DNA from: Amoebophrya sp. A120
Taxonomy: Eukaryota > Protista > Dinoflagellata
NCBI GenBank assembly: GCA_905178155.1
Contig: CAJINV010000002.1
Span: 7,594,743-7,658,742, forward strand
Direction of reading: 5' to 3'
DNA length: 64,000 bases
The notes beneath the pieces are model-generated. The model searched no databases. It had not been told where the DNA came from and saw only the letters and a program-made list of their open reading frames with translations. Position numbers and translations under genes: made by a program. Below are positions 49,497 through 61,589 of the stretch, piece by piece; the stretch's first letter is position 1; the number at the start of each line of letters is the position of its first letter.

Positions 49497-49916
49497 GGTG
49501 GCAACAACTAGTACAAGTACTTTCTAGTTCTACCAAGAAAAAGATACGAGCATAATTGGTCGTAAAGAAAAGAGTGAGCAGATCACTTCATGATGATCTC
49601 TTGATTACACAAAACAATACGTTTTTGTCATGCTCAACAACAAGGCACGCTAACACATGATTTTTAGTAAAAGTGTTTCTAAATGCGATTTATCAAATTA
49701 CACAGTATGCTGGTGGTCGTGATTCCTACGCGAACAACAAGCAGAATAAGACACCGGCCCGCGCAAAGGACTCTCAGTTTATTTCATTTTGTAGTTTTTC
49801 AATTTCCGGTGAAATTGGAAAAAACAATGCGCCAAACATATTCAGCTATGCTGTTCTTCCTATCCTGATCTGATGTTGATCATGTTCATCGCAAATATCT
49901 TGAACATCACCTTCAA

Positions 49917-51572
49917 TCATGCCTCCGCCCCCACAAAGAGTTGCTTTTGGTTCTGCTGCGACAAAGCCGCGTAGTCTATGGGGACGTCTTTCTCCGCTTC
50001 CGGTACGAACACGGCGACCGCGACGAATATCAGCAGGTACGCGAAGACGAAGGTGATGCAACTCGTCCACCCCGTGGAGGAAAGTTGCGTGTACAGCGTG
50101 TCGATTTTCGACACCGGGTCTTGGACCCACGTAAAGAAGAGCGGGTGCTTGGACGGAAGCCCGAACTCGTTGCTCCACTGCTCGACGCCCAGCCGGTAAA
50201 AGGCGCGGTCCTCGTCTTTTATCAGCCGGAGACCTCAACAGGAACAGATTTACGTAGTTGCATTATGAGTTTCTCTCTACTAACTAGTGTTGGTTCTGAC
50301 GGTATTACATATACACACACGACTTTGATCGAAAACACACACTTTGATTGCATGAAATCGAAATCCACGACGAACAAATCGAATTCCAACCTGCCTTCGC
50401 CACATTGTTGTCCACCTCGCCGCATTTGAATTGATCGCCGCTCGGCTGACAGCAGTCCGTCCCTATTGCCCAGAAGTCGAAGGTGCCGCTATTTGGCAAG
50501 ACTAACCTCGTGGCCTCGCCCTGTAAAGGCTGCCCGACTATTGGAGCCACGCAATACGTCTTCGTATCTCGGAATGCGCGCGCGGATTCCGTTGCTACCT
50601 GACAGAAGTAAGTGACACTTGCGGTCATGAACTGAAGTGCTAAGGCCACTTCACGGGCATGGCCATCTTCTTCATGCTCCACCTTGTCATTTCAATTTCA
50701 GACTCACATGGACATTTCAATCCTGTTTTTTCAGGACCTGTAATCAACCTGTCGTAGTCAATCACCGAAGAAAATTCCAAAAACAAGCTGCAACATGTCA
50801 CTTACCCGCGTTCCCTGTTTAAAGTACAGCACGCCAGCGTCCATGTAGCTTTGTCCTTGCGCGTTTGCAGGGTCGATCAGAACGTAATCCGCCAAATCCT
50901 GGTAGGTGTACCAGTCTTTTGCGTACAGCGAATACAGCGACCTCCCAACCGCGTAACCCCCGATCAACCCCGCGGTCATATCAAATGCAAAAATGTCTGG
51001 GTCTGGAAGAATTCATGTTTGTCATGCTTGTCTGGCGTGACTCGTAAATCTGTCATGCACGTTACCCAAGAGCTCCGTTTTTCTGTGATGCAGAAGCGCA
51101 GTTTGTCATGCAGAATAGGCAACACCTAGGAGCTTAGAAACTTGTCATGCTGAGCCAGCATCTGTAGCCTCATCATGAGACGCCACCCAGCATCACAAGT
51201 TTCCAGACCCAGACATTTTTACATTTGGTAGGTCAGGCCGAGCGACAGCACCGCGTGCCATTTCACGTTGAAGAGCCGGTTTCTGCGCCATTTGTACCCG
51301 ACGAAGGAGAGGTGCCAGAGGTAGAAAAAGACGAACCAAAAGAGGATCACATCGGCGACATGCGGGAGTTCGTGGTAGAGTCGGAAGGCGAGGAGGTAGA
51401 CACACGCGCAGAACACGATTGGCGGCAGAATAAAAACGACCAGAAGTGTCCCGTTGTCGACGGAAAGCTTAAAGAGTGATTTAGGTGGTGGTGGGGAGGG
51501 AGGTTGGGAGGCGCCGGGGGGTGCGGCGGTGGCGCTGTTACCTACAACTCCTGGGGCGGCGCCGTACAACAT
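49917..51572 (-). CDS. Multi-pass membrane protein with Cys-containing lumenal domain (about 4 exons)
   Basis: Three N-terminal TM segments, YCVAPI...DFWAIGTDCC...FKCG region and one C-terminal TM. In frame after removal of introner 50979. Confidence 0.8.
50979..51230. mobile_element. Introner, family A1
   Basis: Near-identical to 4880; perfect TSD ggtca; excision restores LGLTAGLIG. Confidence 0.95.
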
Positions 51573-53381
51573 GGTAGTGGTGAAGGTGTTGCTGAGGTTG
51601 ACAACGCGCTCTGCTAAGAGAAAGTCAAAGTTAGAGCTGAGGTGACATCAACACACTCAGTAGAGGTCGTGCCTCCATAATCAAGCAAGAAGTGCCCCCG
51701 CCCCACCAGCTTCAATTTGTGTCACGCTCCTTCTCATCCTCGAAAGCTCTCGACTGCTCATCGAGGTTGCGCCCTCAGACAGCATGCAGAGAGAATGCTG
51801 CTTGCAGAAGCGCAACGGTCACTCCCTATGGTGTCACATGAAGAACGACGCTTGCATAGTACTCGGCCGACCCCTATAATCGGCTGCTTCAATATCAATA
51901 GGAATGCGCTTCAACTTCTTGCACTTCGTCCTTGGTCGTCTTGCCTAGCTATTACCATCTTGCTTCTGTCCGCTCCACCGTCCGTCCAAAGAGCCGTCTG
52001 CGCCCTGCGACCGGTCACGCTCTGGCTCTCCAGAACAATGAGTCTTGTGGAAATGCACGACCAGAACCAGCTGAAGGGCTCTCATTCAAATTTTCTTACT
52101 GCGCCCTGCTGTGAGCAACAATTGGAAGATGATCTGTCTGGACTGGAACCCGGGCGGCGGGTCACCGGGGTGAAGTCGGGGCCCCTATTTCGCTGGCCAC
52201 CCAATTATTAGCTACGACGCCGCGCCCGCCCGCGTGCCCCCCTGCGGAGGGGCGCCACGGCAGCCGGGCCGGCACCGAAAGGGGCGCGCGCGACTGACAG
52301 GCGCCGGCCCAGGCACGCGCCAAGCCGCTGCGTGCGGACAGGGGGGCTCGGCGCGCCTCGGCACCCGGCGCCACGCCGTCGAAAGATAGTTAGATGGGAG
52401 GCGCCCGGCAGACACTCACAACCAGTGGCGGCCACATTGGCAGAACACGCCCGGCGCCCCACCGGCGCTGCCTGGGCGTCGCCCAATCGCACGGAAACAA
52501 AACCGGCGCGCCGGGCACGGCCGACTCCCTTGGGTAGGCCACCACACACAGACAGAGAACGGGCCGCGGGGCCAAAGCCCACCGCCAAACACTGCGAGGC
52601 ATTCGCATACCGCTGGCCGGTCTCCTTGTGCTCCGTCCGCGGGGGCCCAGTTCTGAAGCAGGTCGCTGGGTGGTCGTTTCTTGAGCCGGCCCGTGCCGGT
52701 CGGCCGTGAGCATCGCCAGGGGCGGGCTTGCGCCCGCGTCTAGGTCTACGCGAAGCTGCAGCCAGGCGCCCCGGCCGCCTTGGCGTCATGGCGGTGCATG
52801 CGCGCCGCTCGTCCTCGCGGCCCGTGAGTTCGGGCGCCGCAATCTGCGCAAAACCGTGTCAGAGTCAGCTCGACGGCCATGAATGCGCGAAGCCAAGAAG
52901 TCGCTTCATCATTTTCATTTTTGTCGATCGCAAAAAACTAGCAGACATGAGAGGAGATGGTCAGTATTCCATATAGTGAGACACAGAAGCAAGCAACGTT
53001 TTTCGCTCGGAGCGGGCGGTTGTTCTCTCCCGTACTGCTATGCGTCGCTCAACTTTGTTGAATTGGAAACGATAGCCTCTGACGACAAATGAAAAAGTTG
53101 TAAGTTTGTAAAGCACTTCGCATTAACAGAGCACTCTGCACTCCCTAAAATCAAAAGCACCTTTTCAAAATACCCGCAACGAAAAAATTGAGGAAGTCGA
53201 ACAGAAAAAATTCCAGATCGGCAACAGCGACGGTCTGAAGCATTGCTGTTGAAACCGCAACTATACACATAAACCGTGAAAATTTGCATATCATACATGG
53301 TGGAGCAATGTTCCTAGCTGATTTTTTACTCTGAGACACAGAGACCCAGCGACTCTGTCACATCATCAAATTCAAATCGTC

Positions 53382-56300
53382 TTAAGAATCGTCCGCATTG
53401 GCCTTTATTTCCTCCTGAACAGCATCCAGCTCCTGTGGCGTCGTGAGCTGTGCGGTGACATGCTCCAGGAAAAAATCAGGGAACGGCACAACATCGTCCT
53501 CCATCGACGAAGATGATCGACAGGCATTCAAGTACTCTTCCTCCTGTATGATCACAACCTCGTCCCACTTCAACCTCTTCGCGAGCAACAGCTGTGCGAG
53601 CCGCTTGCCGTTGAGAGAGTAGAGCGACGCGTCGACGTCGTGCGCCTCTGGCGTTGTCTGGGCAGGATTTCTTCCAACACCACCTTGTTCAGCTGCTCCG
53701 GACAGTCCAGGTGTGGCCCACACAGGCTGAGGCACCGAACACGGCGGCAGCTTCTCTCGTTCGCTGACACAGAACACCAGGAAATGTTGCCCGTCTTGCG
53801 GTTCTGGTGTAGTGTCCGAGGCTTCCGGTGACGCTTCTGCACGATCATTCGTCACCGACGTGCTCCTGTCAACACCTCTCCTTATCCGCTTTTGCAACTC
53901 CAGAATGTTCACGGCAACAGCGCCAACTGTGGGCAGGTAGGTGGTGTTGCACCGCAGAGTTGATGATATTTGCCGCATGATTTCACTGGTCAAGGGAGAC
54001 GGCGGTCCTTGCAATGCAGAGTAAGATGGAGATGAACCCCCGGGTTTTTGTTCTGGATGCAACAGGTCAACAATTTCCTCGCTTTCATCCTGCAACAGAG
54101 AATAATTCTCTGAATCCCCACGATTGTGGCACTTGGACTTCTCGAAATCCGCTGGTCGTGTATGGTCACTTGATTGAAAATGGTCTTCATGATGGAGCGA
54201 CGATGATGCGTCGAGTGTGGAGCCGAAGCTGCTGAAGCTGCTACCTCGACTCCGATCTTCCTCGGGATGGTGATACAGCGAAGCTCTGAACTGCTCGAAA
54301 AACGCCCTCGATACCCGGCACTGCGCGAGGAGAAACGCAAATTTTCTTCTCGTTTCTGCACCCCAACCGGATACGCGGGTCCGCAATTGTGCAGTGACGG
54401 GCGACGAAGAGGCAGGTAATTCATCTTCCGCGTCAAAAACTTCCTGCAATAGTTCTTGCCCTGCGTGTTTTTCTTTCATCTCGTCTGGTGCTGGTGGCAC
54501 TCCGTCTTTGTCTGCTGCATCTTTTAAGTCGTCGCGATCAGAAGCGTCCGCATCCCTTTCAAAATCAGGCACACATCCAAGCACGATATCCTCCAGATCG
54601 GTGCGTGAGAAAGGGTGCAAACCGAGATCGACGACAAAGTCGAAGTATCTCCGCAGTTCCTCCTCCCGCTGCTCGTTGCAGCTCAGCAAGCGCAAAAGCA
54701 CAGTTCTCGCTTTCGCTTGCAGTGCGGTCTTCATGAGGCGGAAGAACTTTACCCCTGATGTTCCGCTGTTAGTCTCAATTTGTCCCGGTGTTGACGGAGA
54801 AGTTCTTGTGTGTACGGAAGCACGACCACGTGTCGCGTGCTCCTGCCGTCGCTGTGCTAGTAGACTAGCCAAATGCCACCACCACACGAGATCGTCGTCT
54901 TGACTGCTGGAAGTTGGGCTAATGGCCGACGCTCCTGCGAGAGAAGGATCGTCGGCGCTGCCGGTAGAAGTTCCGCCTCCGACCTTTGTGTAGTCGTGAT
55001 TTGATGTTGACTTTACTTCAGGTGCTGGACCAATGCTGCGGAGCTTCACAACTTGCGCCAACAACTGCCAAAGAAGCGTGTTGACAATTTCGTCGCTTCT
55101 GACGCTGATGTTCGTGTGCTTTTCTCGTGTGTCCCAATTTTGATGTTCATCTTGCTCTGAAGACTCCGAAAGTAAGTGCTCAACCAACCGGACGCAATTT
55201 AGGGCGCGGAATTCCCGCGCGCGGTACTGCAGCTCGTACCAGAAGCGTCGCCAGAACCTCGCGGAGAAGGGAAGGTTTTTCTCTGAAATGCCGATCCTCA
55301 CCATATCCGGCGGGGCGAGCTCGAAAAGACGGGTTACCAGGTGCCGTTCGAACCTCTGCATACCCTCTGCCGTTTCCAGCAGGGAGAGAGTGGTGGAAGA
55401 TGCGCTCGCTGTAGAAGACCTCTTTGCTCTTGAAGATGAAGACATGCTATTGGTCGCTTCAGGATTAAGACGAGACGCCGCGCTGTTCGCTTCTACTGTT
55501 ACAACGTGCTGTGTGGCTACAGGTCTTCCGAAGTTCCTTGTGCAAAGCAGCAGAACCAAATCCGAGCCGCGAAACTTCGACAGATTCTTCTCACACTGGC
55601 GCCACAAGGCTTGCACTATCGTTTTGTGGGGCACATGATCTACTTCGTCGTGGTGTGGCTCTTGACTTAGCGTCTGTGCTAGATCTTGCCCCTCTTCCTC
55701 GATGTCCTCACGCCTTACGTTCATTTTCTCACCGTTCCGTGTAGAGAACTGACCGCTCGCCGTAGTCGCGGCCAAATTCTGGTACACACAGAAGCTGTGC
55801 AGGAGCATGGAGACGGTTTGCGGATCATTCAGCGTCTCGATCCGCTCCCCTGCCAGGCAGCTAGCAACCCGCTCGAAACACAAGTCCAGCAGCGCAGGTG
55901 TGCAAATCTGCCTCGCTGTCGTGCGCTTAACGGACGATGTGGTGACATTTTTCCCGACGTCTGCTGCAGAAGCGCTCGAATTACCAGCTACATGCCGTTG
56001 TTGCTGCCTTACCAAAACGCTGCAGAGCAGTGCCAAATCCTTCGCGTGAGTCTTGGTATTGCATCGTCGCAGGATGGTGGTCTCGATCAATTTTTGCGTC
56101 CAAAAGGAAAGTTGTGAAACGCACATGGTAGTTGAAGGATGATTTTCAACAGATGAATCGTGACGACGTTCTTGATCTGCTTCATCTGTCGAAAGTCGTA
56201 AAACCTGTGACACGACATGTAGCTCCATCGGCAGTAATTTTGTGACCGCGTTGAGCAGAATGGCCACGTCCGAAATGCGGAAGGTGTGGAGTTTGCTACC

Positions 56301-56867
56301 GGAAACCATGTAGAAGACAAAGTCCTCGGCCCGTGTTGGGTTCGTAGAAGTTGAGCTTGCAGCAATACTAAAGGCACTGCGGCTACTATCCTTGTTGGCA
56401 CAAGTCTCGTTGGTGGACGAAATTTGTTCATGTAGATAGTCGAGCACATGATTACTCGTAGTCGTGTCATTATTTGAAGAGTCTGCGCACCTGTCGCCCC
56501 CCATTGTGCTCGGTTCTGCCCCACCTGTTCCCTGGTCGCATGCCAGTTCTAGCAGGGATTTTCGCATGGTTCCCGTTTGCACCCGCTTCTGCAAAAACTT
56601 GGGCCGTACCTTCCCGAGCAAGTGGCAGAGACTGGCAATGTCCCCCGGCTCGAAATCTTCCTTCAACAGACTGCAGCGGTACAGGTACGCTTGCCAAATT
56701 TCGTCCGGCATCTCCTTGGCGTGGAGGATCTGCTCGCTCGTTTTCGTCTTGCGAAGCAGCGCCGCCCGGAGCTCTGGCATCTCCATCTTGTGAATCTGCC
56801 CGATGGTCGGAAGCCGCAATCTGCGGCATTTCCGCAATAGAGCCTGGTTCATCTGCGACGCTGACAT
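53382..56867 (-). CDS. ~1160-aa helical-repeat protein with putative C-terminal RAP-like domain
   Basis: Single long ORF; repeats such as FEPGDIASLCHLLGK, FRISDVAILLNAVTK and DPQTVSMLLHSF; C-terminal LNGKRLAQLLLAKRLKWDEVVIIQEEEY. Confidence 0.6.
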   Translation of the reverse strand: MSASQMNQALLRKCRRLRLPTIGQIHKMEMPELRAALLRKTKTSEQILHAKEMPDEIWQAYLYRCSLLKEDFEPGDIASLCHLLGKVRPKFLQKRVQTGTMRKSLLELACDQGTGGAEPSTMGGDRCADSSNNDTTTSNHVLDYLHEQISSTNETCANKDSSRSAFSIAASSTSTNPTRAEDFVFYMVSGSKLHTFRISDVAILLNAVTKLLPMELHVVSQVLRLSTDEADQERRHDSSVENHPSTTMCVSQLSFWTQKLIETTILRRCNTKTHAKDLALLCSVLVRQQQRHVAGNSSASAADVGKNVTTSSVKRTTARQICTPALLDLCFERVASCLAGERIETLNDPQTVSMLLHSFCVYQNLAATTASGQFSTRNGEKMNVRREDIEEEGQDLAQTLSQEPHHDEVDHVPHKTIVQALWRQCEKNLSKFRGSDLVLLLCTRNFGRPVATQHVVTVEANSAASRLNPEATNSMSSSSRAKRSSTASASSTTLSLLETAEGMQRFERHLVTRLFELAPPDMVRIGISEKNLPFSARFWRRFWYELQYRAREFRALNCVRLVEHLLSESSEQDEHQNWDTREKHTNISVRSDEIVNTLLWQLLAQVVKLRSIGPAPEVKSTSNHDYTKVGGGTSTGSADDPSLAGASAISPTSSSQDDDLVWWWHLASLLAQRRQEHATRGRASVHTRTSPSTPGQIETNSGTSGVKFFRLMKTALQAKARTVLLRLLSCNEQREEELRRYFDFVVDLGLHPFSRTDLEDIVLGCVPDFERDADASDRDDLKDAADKDGVPPAPDEMKEKHAGQELLQEVFDAEDELPASSSPVTAQLRTRVSGWGAETRRKFAFLLAQCRVSRAFFEQFRASLYHHPEEDRSRGSSFSSFGSTLDASSSLHHEDHFQSSDHTRPADFEKSKCHNRGDSENYSLLQDESEEIVDLLHPEQKPGGSSPSYSALQGPPSPLTSEIMRQISSTLRCNTTYLPTVGAVAVNILELQKRIRRGVDRSTSVTNDRAEASPEASDTTPEPQDGQHFLVFCVSEREKLPPCSVPQPVWATPGLSGAAEQGGVGRNPAQTTPEAHDVDASLYSLNGKRLAQLLLAKRLKWDEVVIIQEEEYLNACRSSSSMEDDVVPFPDFFLEHVTAQLTTPQELDAVQEEIKANADDS

Positions 56868-58061
56868 TTTGATACAAGTTTTCACATTTTTGAACTTCGA
56901 GCAAGATGAAGAGCTTCACGATACTGAAAATTTAGCAACTGCCGCTGCCACGAGGACCGACGAAACATTGTTTGTTTTGAAGGTAGTTGAACGACGAGAC
57001 AATTTTCACCAAGAACAGCAATCCCAAGCAAAATTCATGCAATACGCAGAAGGGGACCAGCAAGGCATCACCACACTGTAGGAACCATAAACAAATCTCG
57101 AGATGTTGATGACTAACCACTAAAATAAGTGTGATGCGCATAACCAAGTTCAAAAAGAGCAGCTTTGGCAACCTAGGTGCTGGATCCATCAACTTCAAGT
57201 AAGATTTTAGAACAGCAGCACCTGGATCTTCCGCACCTTGGAGTACCAATAATCGCACGACGTGATGATCTCTACTAGCGAGATGAAAAGCTGCCTCCAT
57301 ACTGCTCCATCATTGCATCATGAACGGATATGGAAAATCAAGGGCAATTTGCATCGCTCTAAAAACGCTGATCTAGCACTGAGCAGGAAAAGATAAAACG
57401 AAAGGTGTTCACAGAAACGAAAGACGACAGAGAAGCGAAGGGTACGACAAGGAAAAAACTAGACCCGAAGGAGTTGAAAGGCTGGCCGCATTCACTGACG
57501 ATGCTGCGAGGCTACCCAAAAGCACGAAGAAAGTCGCACTGGTGGTAGTCATTGACTCTCGATTTTCTGATTCTGAAACTTGGTGTACAATTTTCTTCGT
57601 GCACGTTCATTCCTGTTGTAGTTGTACTACCAGGTCGTCACCAACAGTAAATGAAGAAAGTCGAAACTTTCGCAACATTTTTGGAATACAGGTTATTGCA
57701 CAGACAGATTTTAAAAACACATCGAACGCTAGTAATGTACGCTCCTACTTCTCTTCCTAACTTCAATATCATTGCTTCTGTAGCACCAACAACGAGACTT
57801 TAACTTTGTCAACGCCAATTTTTTTGAAACGTAAGATACAGGCTAATTTCATGATCTGCATCCCTACCACGGGGGCGAGGCAAATCTTCGTTGTGTGAAA
57901 GTGAAAGGTCATTTTTAGTTGCCAACTTGTGAAACATATAATTTTAAACGTAAAGAGAAACCAGTCGATCAAAACCTACAACATTAGTCTCTTGTCGTAG
58001 TCGATAATGCTCGCATTCACAAAAATTGCTCCTTTCTTCCTCCATCTTCCCTCTCCTTTCC

Positions 58062-59275
58062 TCACTTGACGTCCCTCGCCACGGACCCGAAGTCCGGTGC
58101 GCCGCTTTGGCTCGCCGGCTCGACGGTCGTCGTCGTGCCTCGAGCAGCACTGACGACCGAATTGGGTGGATTTGCTATCATGGACTCCGAGGGTCTCGTG
58201 ATCTTGCCGGGTCCCCGCAAACTCGGCGTCGCCCGGTCCACCAAGGAGCCAGGGGCGGGGGCCATCGTTGCCGTCGAGAACGCGTTTGCCATGGTAACCG
58301 AATGGCTCGTAATCTTCCCGGCATCGCCTGGTACCCGCACACTCGGCGTCGGTCGCTCCATCAGGGAGACCGGGGCCTGCGTCATCGTTGAAAAGGAGCT
58401 CCCGGTCGCCCCGCCGTCGGATTCCCGTACTACCGATCCTTCGGCCTGCTGCTGCGACGCCATCGCAGCCGAGCCGCGGGTCGTTTCGGCGCCGGCAAAC
58501 GGCTGCTTTTCGCCCGCGACCCCGATGGAGGTCGGCTCCGGCACGCCCGCCTGGTCCGTATCGTACAAGTCTCCGTCCACGTCACCCTCGTCCGGCTGTG
58601 TCACCTCGGACGCGATCTATGCAGAGCAAAAATAACACCGTAACTCGTTCTTTCCATATTAATTATATTCATCAAATCCTTGTTCTACTGCACTGCTGCA
58701 GCCGCGATGTTGGGGCAACAGTGACGACTGAGTCTGACGCGCAGACACATGGGGAGGCTATCACTCAATTACTACCTAGTACAGTTTTATTTTTGCATGC
58801 CCAAATTTATAGTCGACATGAGTTGCCATGCTCGACAACAAGGCGGTCAAAATGGGAAGACGAACTAAGATGTTAATGTTTTCGCACAGGATACAATCTT
58901 CTGCCTGCTCAAGACGCAAAACAGCAGCCCGGCGATACACAGTACGATCACCCCGCCAATCACCGGGCAGAACACCAGACAACAGCACATGTTCCAGAAG
59001 AGCTTTTGCTTCTTCGTTGTCTGCGTGTCCACATTCTGGGAGATCGGCTCCGCATGGTGCTCGTTTTTGTTTTTGTCTATCACGACAACTCCGCCCCCGC
59101 GCAGACCGCTGTTCGCGCTCCCGTACTGCATAGTGTAGCCGTATTGGTCCGTGATCGGGTAGCCACTAGTGGGTGAGACGTGGCGCGCAGCCTGTGCGAC
59201 GGCAGCCGCGCCGCCCAGATGCCCGTGGGTTGCCTCGTATTTTACCCATTCGATCGGAGCTGGGGTTTTGATCAT
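58062..59275 (-). CDS. Two-exon hypothetical membrane protein
   Basis: ATG 59275; Cys-rich TM segment CCCLVFCPVIGGVIVLCIAGLLFCVL; exon 2 is in frame after intron 58617-58894. Confidence 0.7.
58618..58893. mobile_element. Decayed family-B-like introner; predicted canonical GT-AG intron 58617-58894
   Basis: tatgcagagcaaaaataac...gttttcgcacaggata; flanks cgatc/caatc. Confidence 0.8.
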
Positions 59276-61589
59276 TTACATTTATGGCTATAACAAAGTG
59301 CGGTCGTGTCTCCTCTTCACCCGAACGAATCGAATACCGACTACTACTTAGCTTGCCGCAGCAGGCATTTCGCTTTTGGTTATTTTCTCATAGTCACAAA
59401 ACACGAACAGGCGGCAAGCTAGCTACAACTATCCCCGCAGTCGGCACCAGCCAACGAGGACCTCCACCTCCAGGAGGACCATGGCCATGCACTTTCAACA
59501 TAATTCATAAAAGATAAACATATTTTGTACTTTCTTCCTTCTTGATTTCGCCCGACTTGCCGCGCCAGACAAAGCGACAACAAGGAAAACCGCTGGTGCC
59601 TTCCACGCGCTGTCCCCACGACTTGGCTCCGTGGACCGGGCAGTTCTGGAAGTTCGTGATGCTCACGGTTGGGCACATGTGCACCCCAGACCAATGACAC
59701 CACTCCGGATTGTGCTCGCATTTCCCGTGAAAAGCGCCATCTGTATGTTGTATCATTTTTGTTTTTCGACGAGTTAATGGTCCTAGTTTGCTGCCTGCAT
59801 CAATCATCAACACCGCAAAAGAATCAAAATTTACTTACATGGCAGTGGCGCCTGCGAGATGGCGTTTTCGTTTATGTCCAAATCGCAATCGAAACACTTC
59901 CCCGTTACGCCGATGGAAATCCCATGCAAAATTGCGGCCAACTGAAGCAGGTGGTGGGAAGAGCGTGAGCTATTAATGGGGGCGGATGAAAATGCAGCTT
60001 TCCGAACCGGTGATCCGCCTCGGAGAGGATCTGGTCTCCGTAGAAGAGATACTGCGCCACACATCTTCTTGGCGGCCGATTCGCTGACAAGGTACGACAG
60101 TTGGCGGTTGAAAAGCTCCAGGGTGATCGTGTAGTTCTTGTTTTAGCGGTTTTTTGCTTTCCAGTATGCGATTCACTATTTTTCCGTCGCGATCGTAATC
60201 GTCTGGTAGTTGTCGCACCGTCACCTCAGTGCTTTACAACAAGGGCCTGCAGCTGCAATACGCCGCGGGACACTAGTTACATCGGAACGCCGTAACGTCA
60301 TTTGTTGTCTAGTTCGTGAGGAAACGTCCTGATTTTCGCGATACATAGATCAGGGGGGAACTCGTAACTTTTACTTATTTCTGCTGGCTGGTTTGTTCAG
60401 ACTGAAGTTTCAACGATCACAACATTCGTCGGTGATGCTACAAGCACAATCTGCACCCAGTGTGGTTGCTAACGAAGCACGCTCCCAGACAAGGGAGGTC
60501 CACCCACAACTGAATTACGATTACGCCCAAAAGTCATCTTCGATCTCCAAAACGACTGAGAAATCCGACATCGATTGCAAAGCGATGGAAATAAATGGCG
60601 ATCTTCACGATAACGAAAATTAGGTTCATCAAGTTGATTTTCACGAGGCGACACGAAACGACTTTGTAACGGCCCTGTCCCTGCAAAAACACCTGCTGGA
60701 CGAAGATAGAAATAGAACGCAGAATCTTCATCTTCTACTTCTACCTAAATGTACTGACTTACTTACGTTTCTCGCTCAAGAACTTGCCGATACAGATGAC
60801 AAGAACGAGGAGCGAGATCAGGAGGAGAACCTACTGTGAAGGCCCTAAAATATCCACCTTTTCGCCCATCTTTTCAAATTTTGGCCAGTTGATTGCTCGG
60901 CGCCCTCGCCGATTATCGGGTAGCGCCTCTTCGATGGCGGCTGCGCGTCCGCCTTTGCAAACGCGTCAAGCCGGGCTGCCCTATTTCTGCCCCGAGGCCC
61001 GGGGCAGAAACGCAAGCCAAACACCCCAAAGAGAAAAGCCACCCAAACGAGCCTCCCAATCATATGAGGCCATGGGCCCTGAGCGCGCCTCTGCTTGCGC
61101 AGGTAAGGAAAGGCACCCGGCAATAGCGACAAACGCGGAAAATGCCCCCGGCCAATTTACCCTCGACAAAGCGCAGCCGAGCGAAAGGCTGCGCCTCCCC
61201 TCTTATCTGCCCCGGCCTGGCTTGGGCCTGTTTCGGAAACAACGCCCGCCGCATCTTCTGCGCAGCTTCCCAAACCCCTAGCGGTTCAGGACTTGGCGCG
61301 CGCCCAGTAAAATGAGGACAGGCGGCGTAGGCTGGGAAACCCGGAAAAGCCAACTGGAATGGGAGGTCTAGGTAGAATAGGGAGGCGCGCACAGACCACA
61401 GCTGTCCGAGAAGCCAAAGGGGTCGAGAGATCTGGGAGACCTGAGGAGCGAGCAACCCCTGACGAGGTGGCTCGTGCTTCATGGCGCAACCTTTTCAAAT
61501 GTGGACACGGCTGAAGCGGGGAAATATACCTCGGGGCGCATTTTTTCAAATCTGAAAACCAACAGGCGAAAAAGTTGCTGTGCTCTCCT

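Noticed and set aside
4830-51129. Recurrent peptide IKCKNVWVWK / NVKMSGSG in many short ORFs as a protein family
   Set aside because: It is the translation of the family A TIR.
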